NCBI GenBank assembly: GCA_937903035.1
Contig: CALCZP010000003.1
Span: forward strand, 65,156 to 129,155
Length of the DNA stretch: 64,000 nucleotides
Reading direction: 5' to 3'
Source: an uncultured bacterium
Lineage (GTDB): Bacteria > Patescibacteriota > Minisyncoccia > Phycocordibacterales > UBA9973
In this document: in pieces, positions 1 through 10,372 of the stretch
Layout: the number at the start of each line of letters is the position of its first letter
Position numbering within the stretch: the first letter of the stretch is position 1
Notes under the pieces: generated by a model
Told to the model about the DNA's origin: nothing
Databases searched by the model: none
What the model saw: the letters and a program-made list of their open reading frames with translations, nothing else
Position numbers and translations under genes: made by a program

Positions 1-3000
1 AGTCGATTCTCCTCCTCTTTCTTTGCTGCGGCAAATGCTGCAGATGCGCTCGGATCTTTCTTGAGGCGTTCAATAATATCATTTTTGAGTTCGACCAGTT
101 TAAGGTGTGCCTTTTGTTCCACTTCTTTACTATTTGCGAGTCGAGATTCCATACCAGAACGTTGGTCTGGGGTAAGGTTTGTGTTTTGGAGTTGCTGCTC
201 CATTTGTTTTTGGTATTCTTGTTGTTGTTTGATGACTGCTTGTTGCGGAGCATTTTTAATTTCTGGTTCTTCATCGATTTTATCTTGCCATTTTTCTGAA
301 GCTGCTTTCTGAGCCTTAGTATCTCGATATGTACTCCATGTTGAGCCTGCACTACCATCAGATACCGCACTAAAGTCGAGTTTTGCATCATTTTTCTTCT
401 GACGTGCTTCAACACGTGCCTTGTCGATCTTTTGAATACCACCTGCTTTGTCTTGTCCTACACCGAGCTTCTTGGAAAACTTGTCGCTCATAGAAATACC
501 CAGATCTTTGCCGGCAGTATCCATAGTCTTGTTGAAAGTACCACCAAGTGTTGCTTCCTTGCCATTGATCTTGATACCGAGGCCTAGGTTTCGAGCATCA
601 AATGATCCTGTCTGACTTTTGTTGTAAAAGTTATTGAGCTGTCTGTTGAAGAATCCGTTGTTCGCATTTGCTGCCCAGCGATCAGCATTGGTCTTGCCAT
701 CCTTGCCTTTGATTGAGCCGATGGCAGTCATTCCTCTCCCTATAACATTTCGTCCAAGGAGTGCTGCCCCGCCTGCTGCAATACCTACGCCGCCACCAAC
801 GATACCGCCAACACCTCCAACAAAGCCATTTACGCCATTTTGAACTGCATTACCAATCTTGCCGCCATATTCCTTGGCAATACCTGCTGCCTGTTTGATG
901 AGGGTATAGATAATGAGCATTGGGATTGTGATGTAGAGTACATTTTCAAAAAATGAGTGATCGCTTCTGGTGAGGCCAAACTCATTGAGAAAGTCTGTCT
1001 GCAAGAATGAATACACAATATAGAGAAAGAAAATAAAGATTGGCGCAAGCATTGCATAGCTTGTGAGTTCCTTGACCCAGCTATCCCATGTGAGCTCCCT
1101 GATACCACTAATCAGTGGGAGTTTGCCTCGTGAGAGAAATGCAAATGGTGAGAATATCATACAAATATAGAGCCCGACGACACGCCCGAGGAACATAAAT
1201 GATACCCCCCAGAACATGAGCGCTATGGCAAACATGATCGCAGCACCAATGAGTGTGACAATAATGAAGTATCCCGCGTATTCGCTTGATGACAGACTCA
1301 TGTTGTTACCACTCTCCAAACTTCCTGTATTAATAGTGCCATTTGAAGCACTTGTTGAGGCGCCAAAACTTGTTGCAGTTCCTGCTGATTTGTCAGTGGT
1401 ACTTGCAGTTGTTTCTGTTCCAGATGATGAGAGTGTTGAAGAGCTCAGAATGGTTTGAGGATTAAACGATGACACGATCTTTTCAGACAGTGGCCAGTAT
1501 CCTCCTATTCCTCTCTTGTACTCAACTTTTCCTGTCGTTGGATCTGGTGAACAGTCCTTGGTACTACAGACACCGAGCTGGTTGTAGAACACTCGTGCTA
1601 CTACGTTTGAAAGGTCAATCACCACTCGTGTACCAAAGAGACTAAAGTTGATGATGAGTGCATTGATGACGAGTGTCGGTACGACCTTCTTCATACTGAT
1701 ACCTCCTATGCTAAATACCGTCGAAAATCCGGTCCACACAAGGATAATAATGAAGAATATGTTGGCAATATCACGTACGAGCTGCCAGCCAGTGTTGACG
1801 AATGCAAACCGATATGACTCATCACTCACTGAGTACCCGATAAAGAAGTCAAATAGATAGCCAAAAAGTGCTGCGATCCAGCTGATCGGTTTAAAAATAA
1901 GTCCGTAGATAATCTGTGCTACACAGCCAAGAACACTACCACTAACGATCCCGCATTCAGGAAGTCCACCGTTTGCATCTTGTTTGATAACTTCTGTAAC
2001 ACCCGCAGCAGTTTGTCCTGCATCATTCAATGCTGCAGCATAGTTGGGTGGTATTTTGTACGTGACAGTTTCTCCTATTTTAAAGTAACGATTATCATCT
2101 TTTTGCAACATGTACGCATCGTTTATACATCCCGTTTTGCAGCCAATTTGTTTCAAGCCATCTGGTTGACCAGTAGTTGAAGGATAAATAGTTTGATAAT
2201 AGTAGTCATTATTTGTATTTGGGTTATATACATAAAATTCACCAGAAGGAGTTTTTTCACCACCTATATTTGTTGAAGTATCAGTTATTTGTCTTGATGG
2301 CCAGTTTACGTTACTAGTTAGACCGGCAGAGTCACTTCCAAGTTTTTGATCCCAATAAAGCGTATCTCCTTTGTACCAAAGATCAACTTTTATTTCAGAA
2401 CCATATTTAATAGGGGTTGTAGGTTTAAAAGTTGTTCGTATTTGCTGTTTCCCTATAACTTCTTGTTTACTATTACCAAAAAAAATTCCTGATGCATCGT
2501 ATTTTTGAAAATAGAAAAATTTTGATTGTTCAGCTGCCGCACCAATTGTTGCAGTTTTATCCCAAAGTTTCTCTGTCTTAATAGTTTGATACTCAGTGTG
2601 TGCCTTACCATCTTTGTCAGTATATTGAATCCTTACGATGTAAGGATCAGAACTTTCATTATGTACATAACTATAAAACCACGCGCTTGGCTCAAGAGGA
2701 GTTCTATTTTTAGCAGCACTAACTCCTTTCCACCATCCATAAAGATTTTTATCTCCGTCCATGACAAGCCATGGTAGAAAATTGACCTCAATAATCCCTC
2801 CAGGATCCGTAGTTGCATTCATCTTTGCCTGAATTGCAGGTGAACCATCAGTGCCATTTATAAAACCACTTGATTGAGCAGTACTATCTAAAGTACAAAA
2901 AAGTGTTTTGAAATAGTAAAGTCGATCTTCTTTTGTAACATTTCCGCAAGGAGAAGAATCTTCTGGTTTTACTTGTGCAAATAAATTTGTTCTTACTGTA

Positions 3001-3098
3001 AAAAAGGTAAGTGAGAAAAGTAAACAAAAAACTATCGTTTTAGATAAACGTTTAAGAGAGAGTGTAATACGAAAAAATACGCGTGCGTGCACTGACAA
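1..3098 (-). CDS. Large polytopic membrane protein (>1030 aa, 3' end beyond window start): signal peptide, ~330-aa Cys-containing extracellular domain, multi-TM core, Gly-rich and coiled-coil C-terminus; VirB6/TrbL-like architecture
   Basis: One minus-strand frame is open from the window edge to 3098; no M-to-stop ORF is in the track because it is truncated. A spot translation at 1501-1562 gives TKDCSPDPTTGKVEYKRGIGG. An in-frame TGA lies at 3105-3107. The first in-frame ATG is at 2822, but upstream of it a signal-peptide-like sequence (KRLSKTIVFCLLFSLTFFTV...AQV) is only reachable from TTG(3098) or GTG(3092). Confidence 0.5.
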   Translation of the reverse strand, partial: MSVHARVFFRITLSLKRLSKTIVFCLLFSLTFFTVRTNLFAQVKPEDSSPCGNVTKEDRLYYFKTLFCTLDSTAQSSGFINGTDGSPAIQAKMNATTDPGGIIEVNFLPWLVMDGDKNLYGWWKGVSAAKNRTPLEPSAWFYSYVHNESSDPYIVRIQYTDKDGKAHTEYQTIKTEKLWDKTATIGAAAEQSKFFYFQKYDASGIFFGNSKQEVIGKQQIRTTFKPTTPIKYGSEIKVDLWYKGDTLYWDQKLGSDSAGLTSNVNWPSRQITDTSTNIGGEKTPSGEFYVYNPNTNNDYYYQTIYPSTTGQPDGLKQIGCKTGCINDAYMLQKDDNRYFKIGETVTYKIPPNYAAALNDAGQTAAGVTEVIKQDANGGLPECGIVSGSVLGCVAQIIYGLIFKPISWIAALFGYLFDFFIGYSVSDESYRFAFVNTGWQLVRDIANIFFIIILVWTGFSTVFSIGGISMKKVVPTLVINALIINFSLFGTRVVIDLSNVVARVFYNQLGVCSTKDCSPDPTTGKVEYKRGIGGYWPLSEKIVSSFNPQTILSSSTLSSSGTETTASTTDKSAGTATSFGASTSASNGTINTGSLESGNNMSLSSSEYAGYFIIVTLIGAAIMFAIALMFWGVSFMFLGRVVGLYICMIFSPFAFLSRGKLPLISGIRELTWDSWVKELTSYAMLAPIFIFFLYIVYSFLQTDFLNEFGLTRSDHSFFENVLYITIPMLIIYTLIKQAAGIAKEYGGKIGNAVQNGVNGFVGGVGGIVGGGVGIAAGGAALLGRNVIGRGMTAIGSIKGKDGKTNADRWAANANNGFFNRQLNNFYNKSQTGSFDARNLGLGIKINGKEATLGGTFNKTMDTAGKDLGISMSDKFSKKLGVGQDKAGGIQKIDKARVEARQKKNDAKLDFSAVSDGSAGSTWSTYRDTKAQKAASEKWQDKIDEEPEIKNAPQQAVIKQQQEYQKQMEQQLQNTNLTPDQRSGMESRLANSKEVEQKAHLKLVELKNDIIERLKKDPSASAAFAAAKKEEENR

Positions 3099-3124
3099 AT
3101 TGTATCATTTTTGGAGAGCGCAAA

Positions 3125-4042
3125 CTACCAGAGATTGAGACGAAGTGAATCTTCAATGATGAAATCTGCCGGTGCAGCAAAGCCATTACTATTACAGCTG
3201 TATCCGTCTCGAGAGCTACCATGAAAATGGAACCATCCATCAGAACTACGACATGCGTTAAGTCGTGTTGGAAGTGGTGTGAAGAAATAGCGAAGCATGT
3301 CCCCTGCTTCATGCCAAAATGGTGTTGCTACTTTGACCTTAAGCTCTGGCTGGGTAAAGATTGGAGCTTTGGTCTGACACCAGGCAGTGAGCTCGGTTGC
3401 TCGCTTGACTGTGTAGTTGTACTCATCAAAGTTATCGCGCTCTTGGTTTGCGTCAGCGCTGTTGTGGAGTCGTGAGGCAATGCGCTCAAACCGTGCACGG
3501 AGTCTATCGAGATCTGCACGTTCTTGGTCAGTAAAAGCAATATTTGTGTCTGCTTCGCTACAGCCTGCCCCAAGCGTTGTTGGTGTTGTTCCAGATCCTC
3601 CTGTCCCTGGGTTGCTCGCGGTCCCGGATGTTGTTGTAGTGGTTGTTCCTCCACCACTAGAGGTGCCACTACCGGGCATACCTCCGATACTAATACCTCC
3701 AGAGAGGTTACTATCCCCAAGAGGAGTAATCGTATCACTCGTAAAGTTGCTAGTGAGTACTTGTCCCCCACCTGTATTTATATTGTCACCAAATGACCCA
3801 TCACTATTCATAGGAGTACTCGTAGTTGAGCTAGTAGTATCAGTAAAGTCTGATGAGAGTTCACCATTTGCACCTGTTTGTCTAGTGCCTTTGCCGCCAA
3901 GTCCGATAAATTCTCGGAATGTTGGGGCTGTTCTACCGTTTTGCACAGCAATCTTGCGACTTCGCTGCCACAATACTCCCACAGTTGCGAGTATGAGGAG
4001 TATGAGAGCAATGATACTAATGATGACTCCGCGCTTTGTCAT
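3125..4042 (-). CDS. Hypothetical membrane-anchored protein (N-terminal TM, Gly/Thr/Ser-rich linker, C-terminal globular domain)
   Basis: 305-aa ORF; TM helix IISIIALILLILATVGVL; GTS-rich low complexity (TSSGGGTTTTTTSGT); tight operon spacing to neighbours. Confidence 0.55.
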   Translation of the reverse strand: MTKRGVIISIIALILLILATVGVLWQRSRKIAVQNGRTAPTFREFIGLGGKGTRQTGANGELSSDFTDTTSSTTSTPMNSDGSFGDNINTGGGQVLTSNFTSDTITPLGDSNLSGGISIGGMPGSGTSSGGGTTTTTTSGTASNPGTGGSGTTPTTLGAGCSEADTNIAFTDQERADLDRLRARFERIASRLHNSADANQERDNFDEYNYTVKRATELTAWCQTKAPIFTQPELKVKVATPFWHEAGDMLRYFFTPLPTRLNACRSSDGWFHFHGSSRDGYSCNSNGFAAPADFIIEDSLRLNLW

Positions 4043-4044
4043 GG

Positions 4045-6366
4045 TTATATAGTACTATAGAAATAATCTTTTGCGGCTTTTGACTTCTGTATATCTGGAT
4101 TTGGAGTGTTGTCATCAGTCTGCCTATCGCGTTTGTTGTCCGCATTAACGTCATCAGGATTGATCTTGTTGTTGTTGATGATGTATGCCTGATTGATACA
4201 TGCGAGATCTACTGGAGTACCATTTGCTGCTTGTTCTGCAATATAGCGAGCTTTTGCTGCGGCAACGATTCGGTTTACTTCTTTACGGAGATCTTCGAGT
4301 TCGCGAATTGCGCGGCGCGCGTCCTCCTCATTTGCTTCATACTGGGTAAGTGTGTCTGGCATGTTTTGGCTATACGCAGGGAGTCGTGAGATCTGATCTG
4401 CCATATCCTCCGCATTACCAATAGCGCTCAGTTTGCCACTCTCCGTTGACTCGGATGCTTCATAGATATCGGAGATACGCTTCTTGGCGAATGCGGGCTT
4501 GTACTTGGCGACGAGTCGTTCAAATGCCCTATCAAATATATCGTACTTGCTATCATCAAATGTTTCTCGACCGTCCATTGGATAGTCTTTTGTTTTGCTC
4601 GGATCAATCTGAGTCTTGTCATAGAGTAGCGCGTTGACATGATACTCTGATTCATCACCAGAAAGTCCTGTTCCTCGTTCATCAGTCTGATATATCGCGC
4701 TGACCCATGTTTGGTAGTTGTTTACGAGACCTTCTTGCCATGTTGGGTTTGGTCCTGGATAGCAGTAGTCGAGTTTGCCAAGGGCTGGGATCACTGATTG
4801 GATTTTGTTGTGTGCGTCATATGTACGATTTAAAAAGTTGTACTGGTCAATAAGGATGGCATAGAGCATCTGTGGTCGAGTAATATCAAAGTCTCCCCCA
4901 ATACCGCTTGCGCCACTCACATTACTTGTCTTGATAGGATTGCCGTTTGAATCAAGGACAACATTGAGATCCCCTACTCCTGCATAGTCATTAATACCTG
5001 CTCGCCCACCGAGTGCCGCGAGACCCTTACTAAAGAGGTTGTTCACAAGCTTATCAAAAAATGAGCTGAGTACTTCGTTCATACTGTCGGCAAGCTCGAG
5101 TTGACTCTTTGTTGATCCAGTAACACCAGCAATTTGTTCAGCAATGATGGATCCTGGAGTTACTGTTTTGTATTTCAAACATTTTGGTTTCCCACTTGAA
5201 TTTGCAGGAGTTGGGGCATTACATGCTTTGACAAGATCGTCATATTTCTTGTTTACTCCTGATTTACACGCAGCAATTGCAGTTGTGTTTTGTACTGGGC
5301 CGGTCAGCGCACTGGTGACTGTTGTATTGGATACGACACAGGTTTGGAGCTCTTGAGTACGCTCAACACTATATTTTGCTGTACAAGAGTCTGTCGATGT
5401 AGCAGTCTCAGTCTTGACTGTCTGAGGTTTTTCCCATTCAACACATTCTTTCATATCAAGAAAGCCATTGTTCCGCTGTATCTCTGCCTGGGTTGCTGCC
5501 TGTTTTTCATCTATTTTTTGTTCTAGCTTGCTTGCTGCTGTCATCACTGCACCGATGGGATTGTTACTATCTCTCTGGGTAGTGTTGAGCCACGCATTCC
5601 ATCCTCCCTGACTAAAGTCACTCATGAATGAATTGTACGCCTTTGCTTGGGGCGTGTTCATTGTTTTATTTATGAGACCATCACTTTTACCAGTGAGTTG
5701 CTGGGTGACTGTTGATCGAAGTGCGTTTCCAAATATAGGGTTGCTCCCCTGTAGTGTTGTGAGGTATTGCTCAACCTCACGATCTTTGATGCGCTTGAGA
5801 AATGAATTCTCGTCTTGCACATAGAGCGGGTTGCCGCCAAAGCCGGTGTTTGCCCAGTTGATAGTACTCGTTGAAAGTTGTTGGAGCATTTTCTTGGCAA
5901 TGGTGTAGGCTGCCCCATCAAGACATGTTTTGGCGTTTTTGAGTGTTGCGTCTCCAACTGGAACTTCCTTACTAGCCAGGCTTGAAAGTGCCTGGGTTGC
6001 AAGACCCATAAGACCCTGAATTGCAGCGTTTTTTGCGCAGCCAATGACTGCAGCACTGGTGACACTCAGGAGACTATTTCCAAAGCTATTAGCGTTGCTG
6101 TTGCCTAGACCGTTAGTAGTACCCCCAGTTGTACCGCTACTATTTGTTGTTCCTGTTGTACCTGTCCCAGTACTTCCGGTTGTCCCTCCAGTAGTGCTAC
6201 CAGTTGTACCACCAGTGTTAGTACTTCCTGTAGTGCCAGTCCCTGTACTACCTGTACTACCGCCAGTGTTTGTTGATCCTGTAAGTCCGGGATTTGTTTG
6301 TGCACTCACTTGCACTGAGCTTGAAAGAGTGAGGATAAGTAGTACTACAAAAAATGCATTCTTCAT
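4045..6366 (-). CDS. Large secreted protein with N-terminal GT(S)-rich repeat region
   Basis: 773-aa ORF; signal peptide MKNAFFVVLLILTLSSSVQVSAQ; degenerate GSTGTGTTGST repeats; 3 nt from downstream gene. Confidence 0.6.
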   Translation of the reverse strand: MKNAFFVVLLILTLSSSVQVSAQTNPGLTGSTNTGGSTGSTGTGTTGSTNTGGTTGSTTGGTTGSTGTGTTGTTNSSGTTGGTTNGLGNSNANSFGNSLLSVTSAAVIGCAKNAAIQGLMGLATQALSSLASKEVPVGDATLKNAKTCLDGAAYTIAKKMLQQLSTSTINWANTGFGGNPLYVQDENSFLKRIKDREVEQYLTTLQGSNPIFGNALRSTVTQQLTGKSDGLINKTMNTPQAKAYNSFMSDFSQGGWNAWLNTTQRDSNNPIGAVMTAASKLEQKIDEKQAATQAEIQRNNGFLDMKECVEWEKPQTVKTETATSTDSCTAKYSVERTQELQTCVVSNTTVTSALTGPVQNTTAIAACKSGVNKKYDDLVKACNAPTPANSSGKPKCLKYKTVTPGSIIAEQIAGVTGSTKSQLELADSMNEVLSSFFDKLVNNLFSKGLAALGGRAGINDYAGVGDLNVVLDSNGNPIKTSNVSGASGIGGDFDITRPQMLYAILIDQYNFLNRTYDAHNKIQSVIPALGKLDYCYPGPNPTWQEGLVNNYQTWVSAIYQTDERGTGLSGDESEYHVNALLYDKTQIDPSKTKDYPMDGRETFDDSKYDIFDRAFERLVAKYKPAFAKKRISDIYEASESTESGKLSAIGNAEDMADQISRLPAYSQNMPDTLTQYEANEEDARRAIRELEDLRKEVNRIVAAAKARYIAEQAANGTPVDLACINQAYIINNNKINPDDVNADNKRDRQTDDNTPNPDIQKSKAAKDYFYSTI

Positions 6367-6369
6367 GTA

Positions 6370-7257
6370 TTACCGAAGTATACCGTATCTAATGAAATAT
6401 TCCTGCATCCCGAGCAGTGAAGTACCAAGTCGATCCGAATAGCTATTGTAGATAGCGATACCTGCAAGTGCTTGGGTGCTGTTATTTTCAAGCTGCATAA
6501 GATAAGTAAACGATGCAGCAATACCATAGAGGCTGTTGGCGATATCAAGATGGTATTTAGATACACCGATTGGCGCAGGGATTTTCATGAGTGCAGCAGC
6601 GTATGCTTTGTAATCGACCGCTGTTTGGGCAAGCTCAGGGAGACGACTATAGTCTTCATTTTGGAGCGCATTCATCACGACATCGATATCGGCTTGTTCG
6701 AAGTCATATGAGTTGGTGAGTTTACCAAATGCTGTTGCATATGTTTGCAGCGATGCTGACGTTGTAGGAACGCTTTTGACATCGTTGAGTGAGTATTTAA
6801 GCCCCACCTTTGCAAGATCGATAGTTGAACCAAAGCTTGCAGCTATCTGTGCAAGTGCAGCATTGTCGGTCTGATCTGACTGTCCAAATGCCGCAGAGAG
6901 TGCAAAAAGATCTCGTGCGAGCTTGTCGGTATCGTTGGTTGGATCACTTTCTTGAATACCAAGGGATTTTTTTTTCTGCTCGATGATTTCTTTATTAGGA
7001 ACACCATTGGTATACAGTACACTAGGATCAAGTCCCCAGAGTTTCTCCTCCCAGTCAGCAATACCATTACCATTGGTGTCTTGGGCAAGAGTCCCTCCTA
7101 CAGTTTTTGGTACAGGCGGTAAGGGTTTTTTGTGAAGCAATGCTCTGAACCAGGTAGTCTGTACCACAAGGAGGATTGCGGTGAGACCAATAGCGATAGA
7201 GCCGCGGATTATGAATTGTTTGCTTGGACGATTAGTATTCATATTAGCGTGATACAC
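6370..7257 (-). CDS. Hypothetical membrane-anchored protein
   Basis: 295-aa ORF with a single N-terminal TM (IAIGLTAILLVV); overlaps the upstream gene by 14 nt, operon-like. Confidence 0.5.
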   Translation of the reverse strand: MYHANMNTNRPSKQFIIRGSIAIGLTAILLVVQTTWFRALLHKKPLPPVPKTVGGTLAQDTNGNGIADWEEKLWGLDPSVLYTNGVPNKEIIEQKKKSLGIQESDPTNDTDKLARDLFALSAAFGQSDQTDNAALAQIAASFGSTIDLAKVGLKYSLNDVKSVPTTSASLQTYATAFGKLTNSYDFEQADIDVVMNALQNEDYSRLPELAQTAVDYKAYAAALMKIPAPIGVSKYHLDIANSLYGIAASFTYLMQLENNSTQALAGIAIYNSYSDRLGTSLLGMQEYFIRYGILR

Positions 7258-7606
7258 CGTAGAGTTTTACTTCAAATGCAGGAACAGGGACGCCGGTTTC
7301 TGGATTAAAACACGTTTTAGCATCAGGAATAAGGCTACGGTTTCCAAGAATCCATCCTAAACGCTTTGGAGTACCACTTTTTGTAATACGGATAAAATAA
7401 GGACCTGCTGGATAGGCTGCTACTGGGCGTATAAAAAACGGTCCATACGCAGCAGTGCAAGTAATGGTAGCACTTGAATCTGTTGGGGTAGAAATTATTG
7501 ATCCGCCAAATGGACGAGTCGGAAGGCTTATAGCGTAGGATAGTGCAGGAATAAGAAACGCTATGAGAAAAAGTGCGAGCACGATAAGTTTGTGTTTTTT
7601 CATCAC
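7244..7606 (-). CDS. Small secreted protein (signal peptide, 2 Cys)
   Basis: 120-aa ORF; signal peptide MMKKHKLIVLALFLIAFLIPALSYA; first gene of the 7606->1 minus-strand operon. Confidence 0.5.
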   Translation of the reverse strand: MMKKHKLIVLALFLIAFLIPALSYAISLPTRPFGGSIISTPTDSSATITCTAAYGPFFIRPVAAYPAGPYFIRITKSGTPKRLGWILGNRSLIPDAKTCFNPETGVPVPAFEVKLYGVSR

Positions 7607-7618
7607 GTATCTATTGTA

Positions 7619-8413
7619 CTACCTTTGAACACTCTCTTCTACATGTTGAGTGACTACTCCCCACTCTCCAAGGGTGAGTTCTTCGGGGCGTGTTTTTGGG
7701 TCAAGCGGAATTTGTGCAAGGACACTGAGTGCTTGATCTTTATCATCCAAGAATTCCGCGAGGCTTCCACCGATTTGTTTTCGTTTTTTACCAAAGAGTG
7801 ACTTCATGATCTCAAAAAACAATTTTTCGCTGGTATGGGTGAAAAAAACTCGCGAAATACACTCTATATATAGTATGGCGGAGTCTACCTTTGGTGGCGG
7901 GTTGAATGCTCCAGCAGGGACTCTGGCAATGACTTTTGGTTTCCCATAGGCACGTACTGCTATAGAAAGAACGCTTTGCTTGCCATCTCGCGCAACGATA
8001 CGATCTGCTACTTCTTTTTGCATGAGGAGTACCATGCTTTGCGGCTGGTACTCAGTGCTCAGAAATTGCTCAATGATCGCACCGGTGATGTAGTACGGGA
8101 TATTAGCGACGAGTTTGTACTTTTTTGGTAGTGTTGATGGGTCAAATTTGAGAATATCTCCCTCGATAATCTCAAGCTTTCCTGCGGTAATAGCAGCTGC
8201 AAATCGTTCTTCGAGTATTGCGATCATATCCCTATCCTTTTCAATAGCGAGTACTTTCTGAGCTTTTCCAATGAGTCGCTCGGTTAAAATCCCGGTTCCT
8301 GGACCGATTTCAAGGATAAAATCCGTAGGTGCGATATCAGCTGCATCAACAATCTGACCCAATGCTTTCTCACTCTTGAGGAAATGCTGTCCGAGTGACT
8401 TCTTTGCTTTCAT
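7619..8413 (-). CDS. rsmA: 16S rRNA (adenine1518/1519-N6)-dimethyltransferase RsmA/KsgA
   Basis: SLGQHFL motif; SAM-binding EIGPGTG; NIPY motif; 264 aa. Confidence 0.9.
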   Translation of the reverse strand: MKAKKSLGQHFLKSEKALGQIVDAADIAPTDFILEIGPGTGILTERLIGKAQKVLAIEKDRDMIAILEERFAAAITAGKLEIIEGDILKFDPSTLPKKYKLVANIPYYITGAIIEQFLSTEYQPQSMVLLMQKEVADRIVARDGKQSVLSIAVRAYGKPKVIARVPAGAFNPPPKVDSAILYIECISRVFFTHTSEKLFFEIMKSLFGKKRKQIGGSLAEFLDDKDQALSVLAQIPLDPKTRPEELTLGEWGVVTQHVEESVQR

Positions 8414-8464
8414 ATAAACTACTCTCTCATATAATCACATAAAAGCGAAGCATATAAAGCGCTC

Positions 8465-10372
8465 TTAGAGATAGACCGTAAATCCTGCCTCCCCTTGTCT
8501 ACTCTCACGCGTAATGAGTTCGTCAGGAATATCCATTAGAAATTCGCTTGGCATTCGCACATCACGCATACCATAGATGGTGCGCATCGATGCATAGGTC
8601 AGATAGAGTTTGTGGCGTGCTCGCGTGATCGCGACGTACATGAGACGGCGTTCTTCTTCGGCATCTGCCCCAGTCTTTTTACTGTCACGTTCACTCGGGA
8701 AAAGCCCTTGTTCAAGTCCTGTTACAAATACGGTCGCAAACTCAAGTCCCTTTGATGCGTGAATCGTCATAAGCTTCACACCTTTTGCTGCTTCGAGATT
8801 ATCCTGATCACTCATGAGTGCTGCCTCCTCGAGGATTTTGTCGAGTCCATCTTCAGTCCCCATTTGATCGTATCTGACGCCGAGCGTTACGAGCTCACGG
8901 AGATTCTCGATACGTTCCTCCGCATCAGGCTCGCCTTTGTAAAACTCTTCCATCTTGCTCTCAGTAATGATGTATTTGAGTGTTGCTGATACGGAGTTTG
9001 TCGTTGCATAGTCCGCAATATTTTCGATGAGTTTGTAGAACTGCTCAACTGACGTCTTTGCTTTGCCGCTGAGACTATCTTTACCTTCCGCAAAGAGTTT
9101 AGTGATAGTGACTTTACCGATACCACGTGTCGGCACATTGATGATACGTTTTATGTCGATGGTACTTTCCGGTGTGAGTGCTGCTCGTAAATATGAGAGC
9201 ACGTCTTTGATTTCCTTGCGTTCAAAGAACTTTACGCCGAGCACTTGGTACGGAATATGATATGAGAGAAATGCTTCTTCGATCGCACGTGATTGAAAGT
9301 TGGTACGAAACAGTACTGCAATATCCTCTGGTAGAGTACCGTTATCGATTGCTTCAATGCATCGCTCAACAATAAAGTTCGCTTCGTCGCTCTCATCATA
9401 TGCACTATAGACGGAGAGCATTTCCCCTTCTGCGTTGTTGGTAAAGAGGTTTTTGGGTTTACGGTAGCTATTTTTGCCAATGATTTCATTCGCTGCCGCA
9501 AGTACTGCTTTGGTCGAGCGGTAGTTTTCCTCAAGGAGCACGACGGTTGCTTCGGGGTAGTCATGTTCAAATTCCAAAATATTTTTGATATTTGCACCGC
9601 GCCATGAGTAGATACTTTGATCGGAGTCACCTACGACACAAATGTTTTTGGTATGTGATGCCAGTGCTTTGGCAATACGGTACTGCACTTCGTTGGTGTC
9701 CTGGTATTCATCCACGTGAATGTGAGACCATCGAGCGTGGCACCATGCTCGTGCTTCTTCATTATCCTCAAGGAGTCTGACAACTTCGGTGAGGAGATCA
9801 TCAAAGTCGAGTGCCTTTTGTTCAATTTTGCTCGCGCGATAGCGCTTCCAGATTTGTCCCGCAAGTCGGTAGTGGGGATTTGCTTCGCTCATAAGTTGCT
9901 CCGGATCAAGAAATGCATTTGCTGAGCGACTGATCGTATTTTTAATACCACGCGGATCATGTGCTTTTGGGTCCATACCAAAGTACACCATCGCTTCCTT
10001 GATCAGTGCGGTTGTATCCCCATCATCGAGGATTGTGAAGCGCTTTGCAGTGCCATTGTATGCACCGAACTTACGCAAGAGGTAGACACAGAGACTGTGG
10101 AACGTTGCGAGAAATGGAAGCTCCTGATGCGACACAAACGGAATATCAGTTACCATGTGCGATACACGTTCGCGCATTTCTTTTGCTGCCTTGTTGGTAA
10201 ATGTCACTGCAAGGATACTTGATGGGCTGACACCGGTGATGATGAGGTGACAAATACGGTGCGCGATGGTCTTGGTCTTGCCTGCACCGGCACCTGCAAC
10301 AATGAGGAGTGGTCCGTCAGTCGTGATCACTGCCTTCTTTTGCACGTCATTGAGTCCTTGGGTGAAATCCAT
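8465..10372 (-). CDS. pcrA: ATP-dependent DNA helicase PcrA/UvrD family
   Basis: Walker A AGAGAGKT; UvrD motifs (DEYQDTN, VGDSDQSIYSWRGA, C-terminal TIHASKGLEF); 635 aa. Confidence 0.9.
   Translation of the reverse strand: MDFTQGLNDVQKKAVITTDGPLLIVAGAGAGKTKTIAHRICHLIITGVSPSSILAVTFTNKAAKEMRERVSHMVTDIPFVSHQELPFLATFHSLCVYLLRKFGAYNGTAKRFTILDDGDTTALIKEAMVYFGMDPKAHDPRGIKNTISRSANAFLDPEQLMSEANPHYRLAGQIWKRYRASKIEQKALDFDDLLTEVVRLLEDNEEARAWCHARWSHIHVDEYQDTNEVQYRIAKALASHTKNICVVGDSDQSIYSWRGANIKNILEFEHDYPEATVVLLEENYRSTKAVLAAANEIIGKNSYRKPKNLFTNNAEGEMLSVYSAYDESDEANFIVERCIEAIDNGTLPEDIAVLFRTNFQSRAIEEAFLSYHIPYQVLGVKFFERKEIKDVLSYLRAALTPESTIDIKRIINVPTRGIGKVTITKLFAEGKDSLSGKAKTSVEQFYKLIENIADYATTNSVSATLKYIITESKMEEFYKGEPDAEERIENLRELVTLGVRYDQMGTEDGLDKILEEAALMSDQDNLEAAKGVKLMTIHASKGLEFATVFVTGLEQGLFPSERDSKKTGADAEEERRLMYVAITRARHKLYLTYASMRTIYGMRDVRMPSEFLMDIPDELITRESRQGEAGFTVYL

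Noticed and set aside
3417-4052. 211-aa plus-strand ORF (and 3328-3771, 3524-3796) rich in Pro/Val
   Set aside because: It is antisense to the Gly/Thr-rich coding repeats of the 3125-4042 gene. This is a low-complexity mirror-frame artefact with no signal of its own.
6044-6442. 132-aa plus-strand ORF encoding PVVPVPVLPVVPP repeats
   Set aside because: It is the antisense frame of the GTTGSTG repeat region of the 4045-6366 secreted protein. The repetitive amino-acid pattern is a by-product of the GGT/ACT codon repeats.
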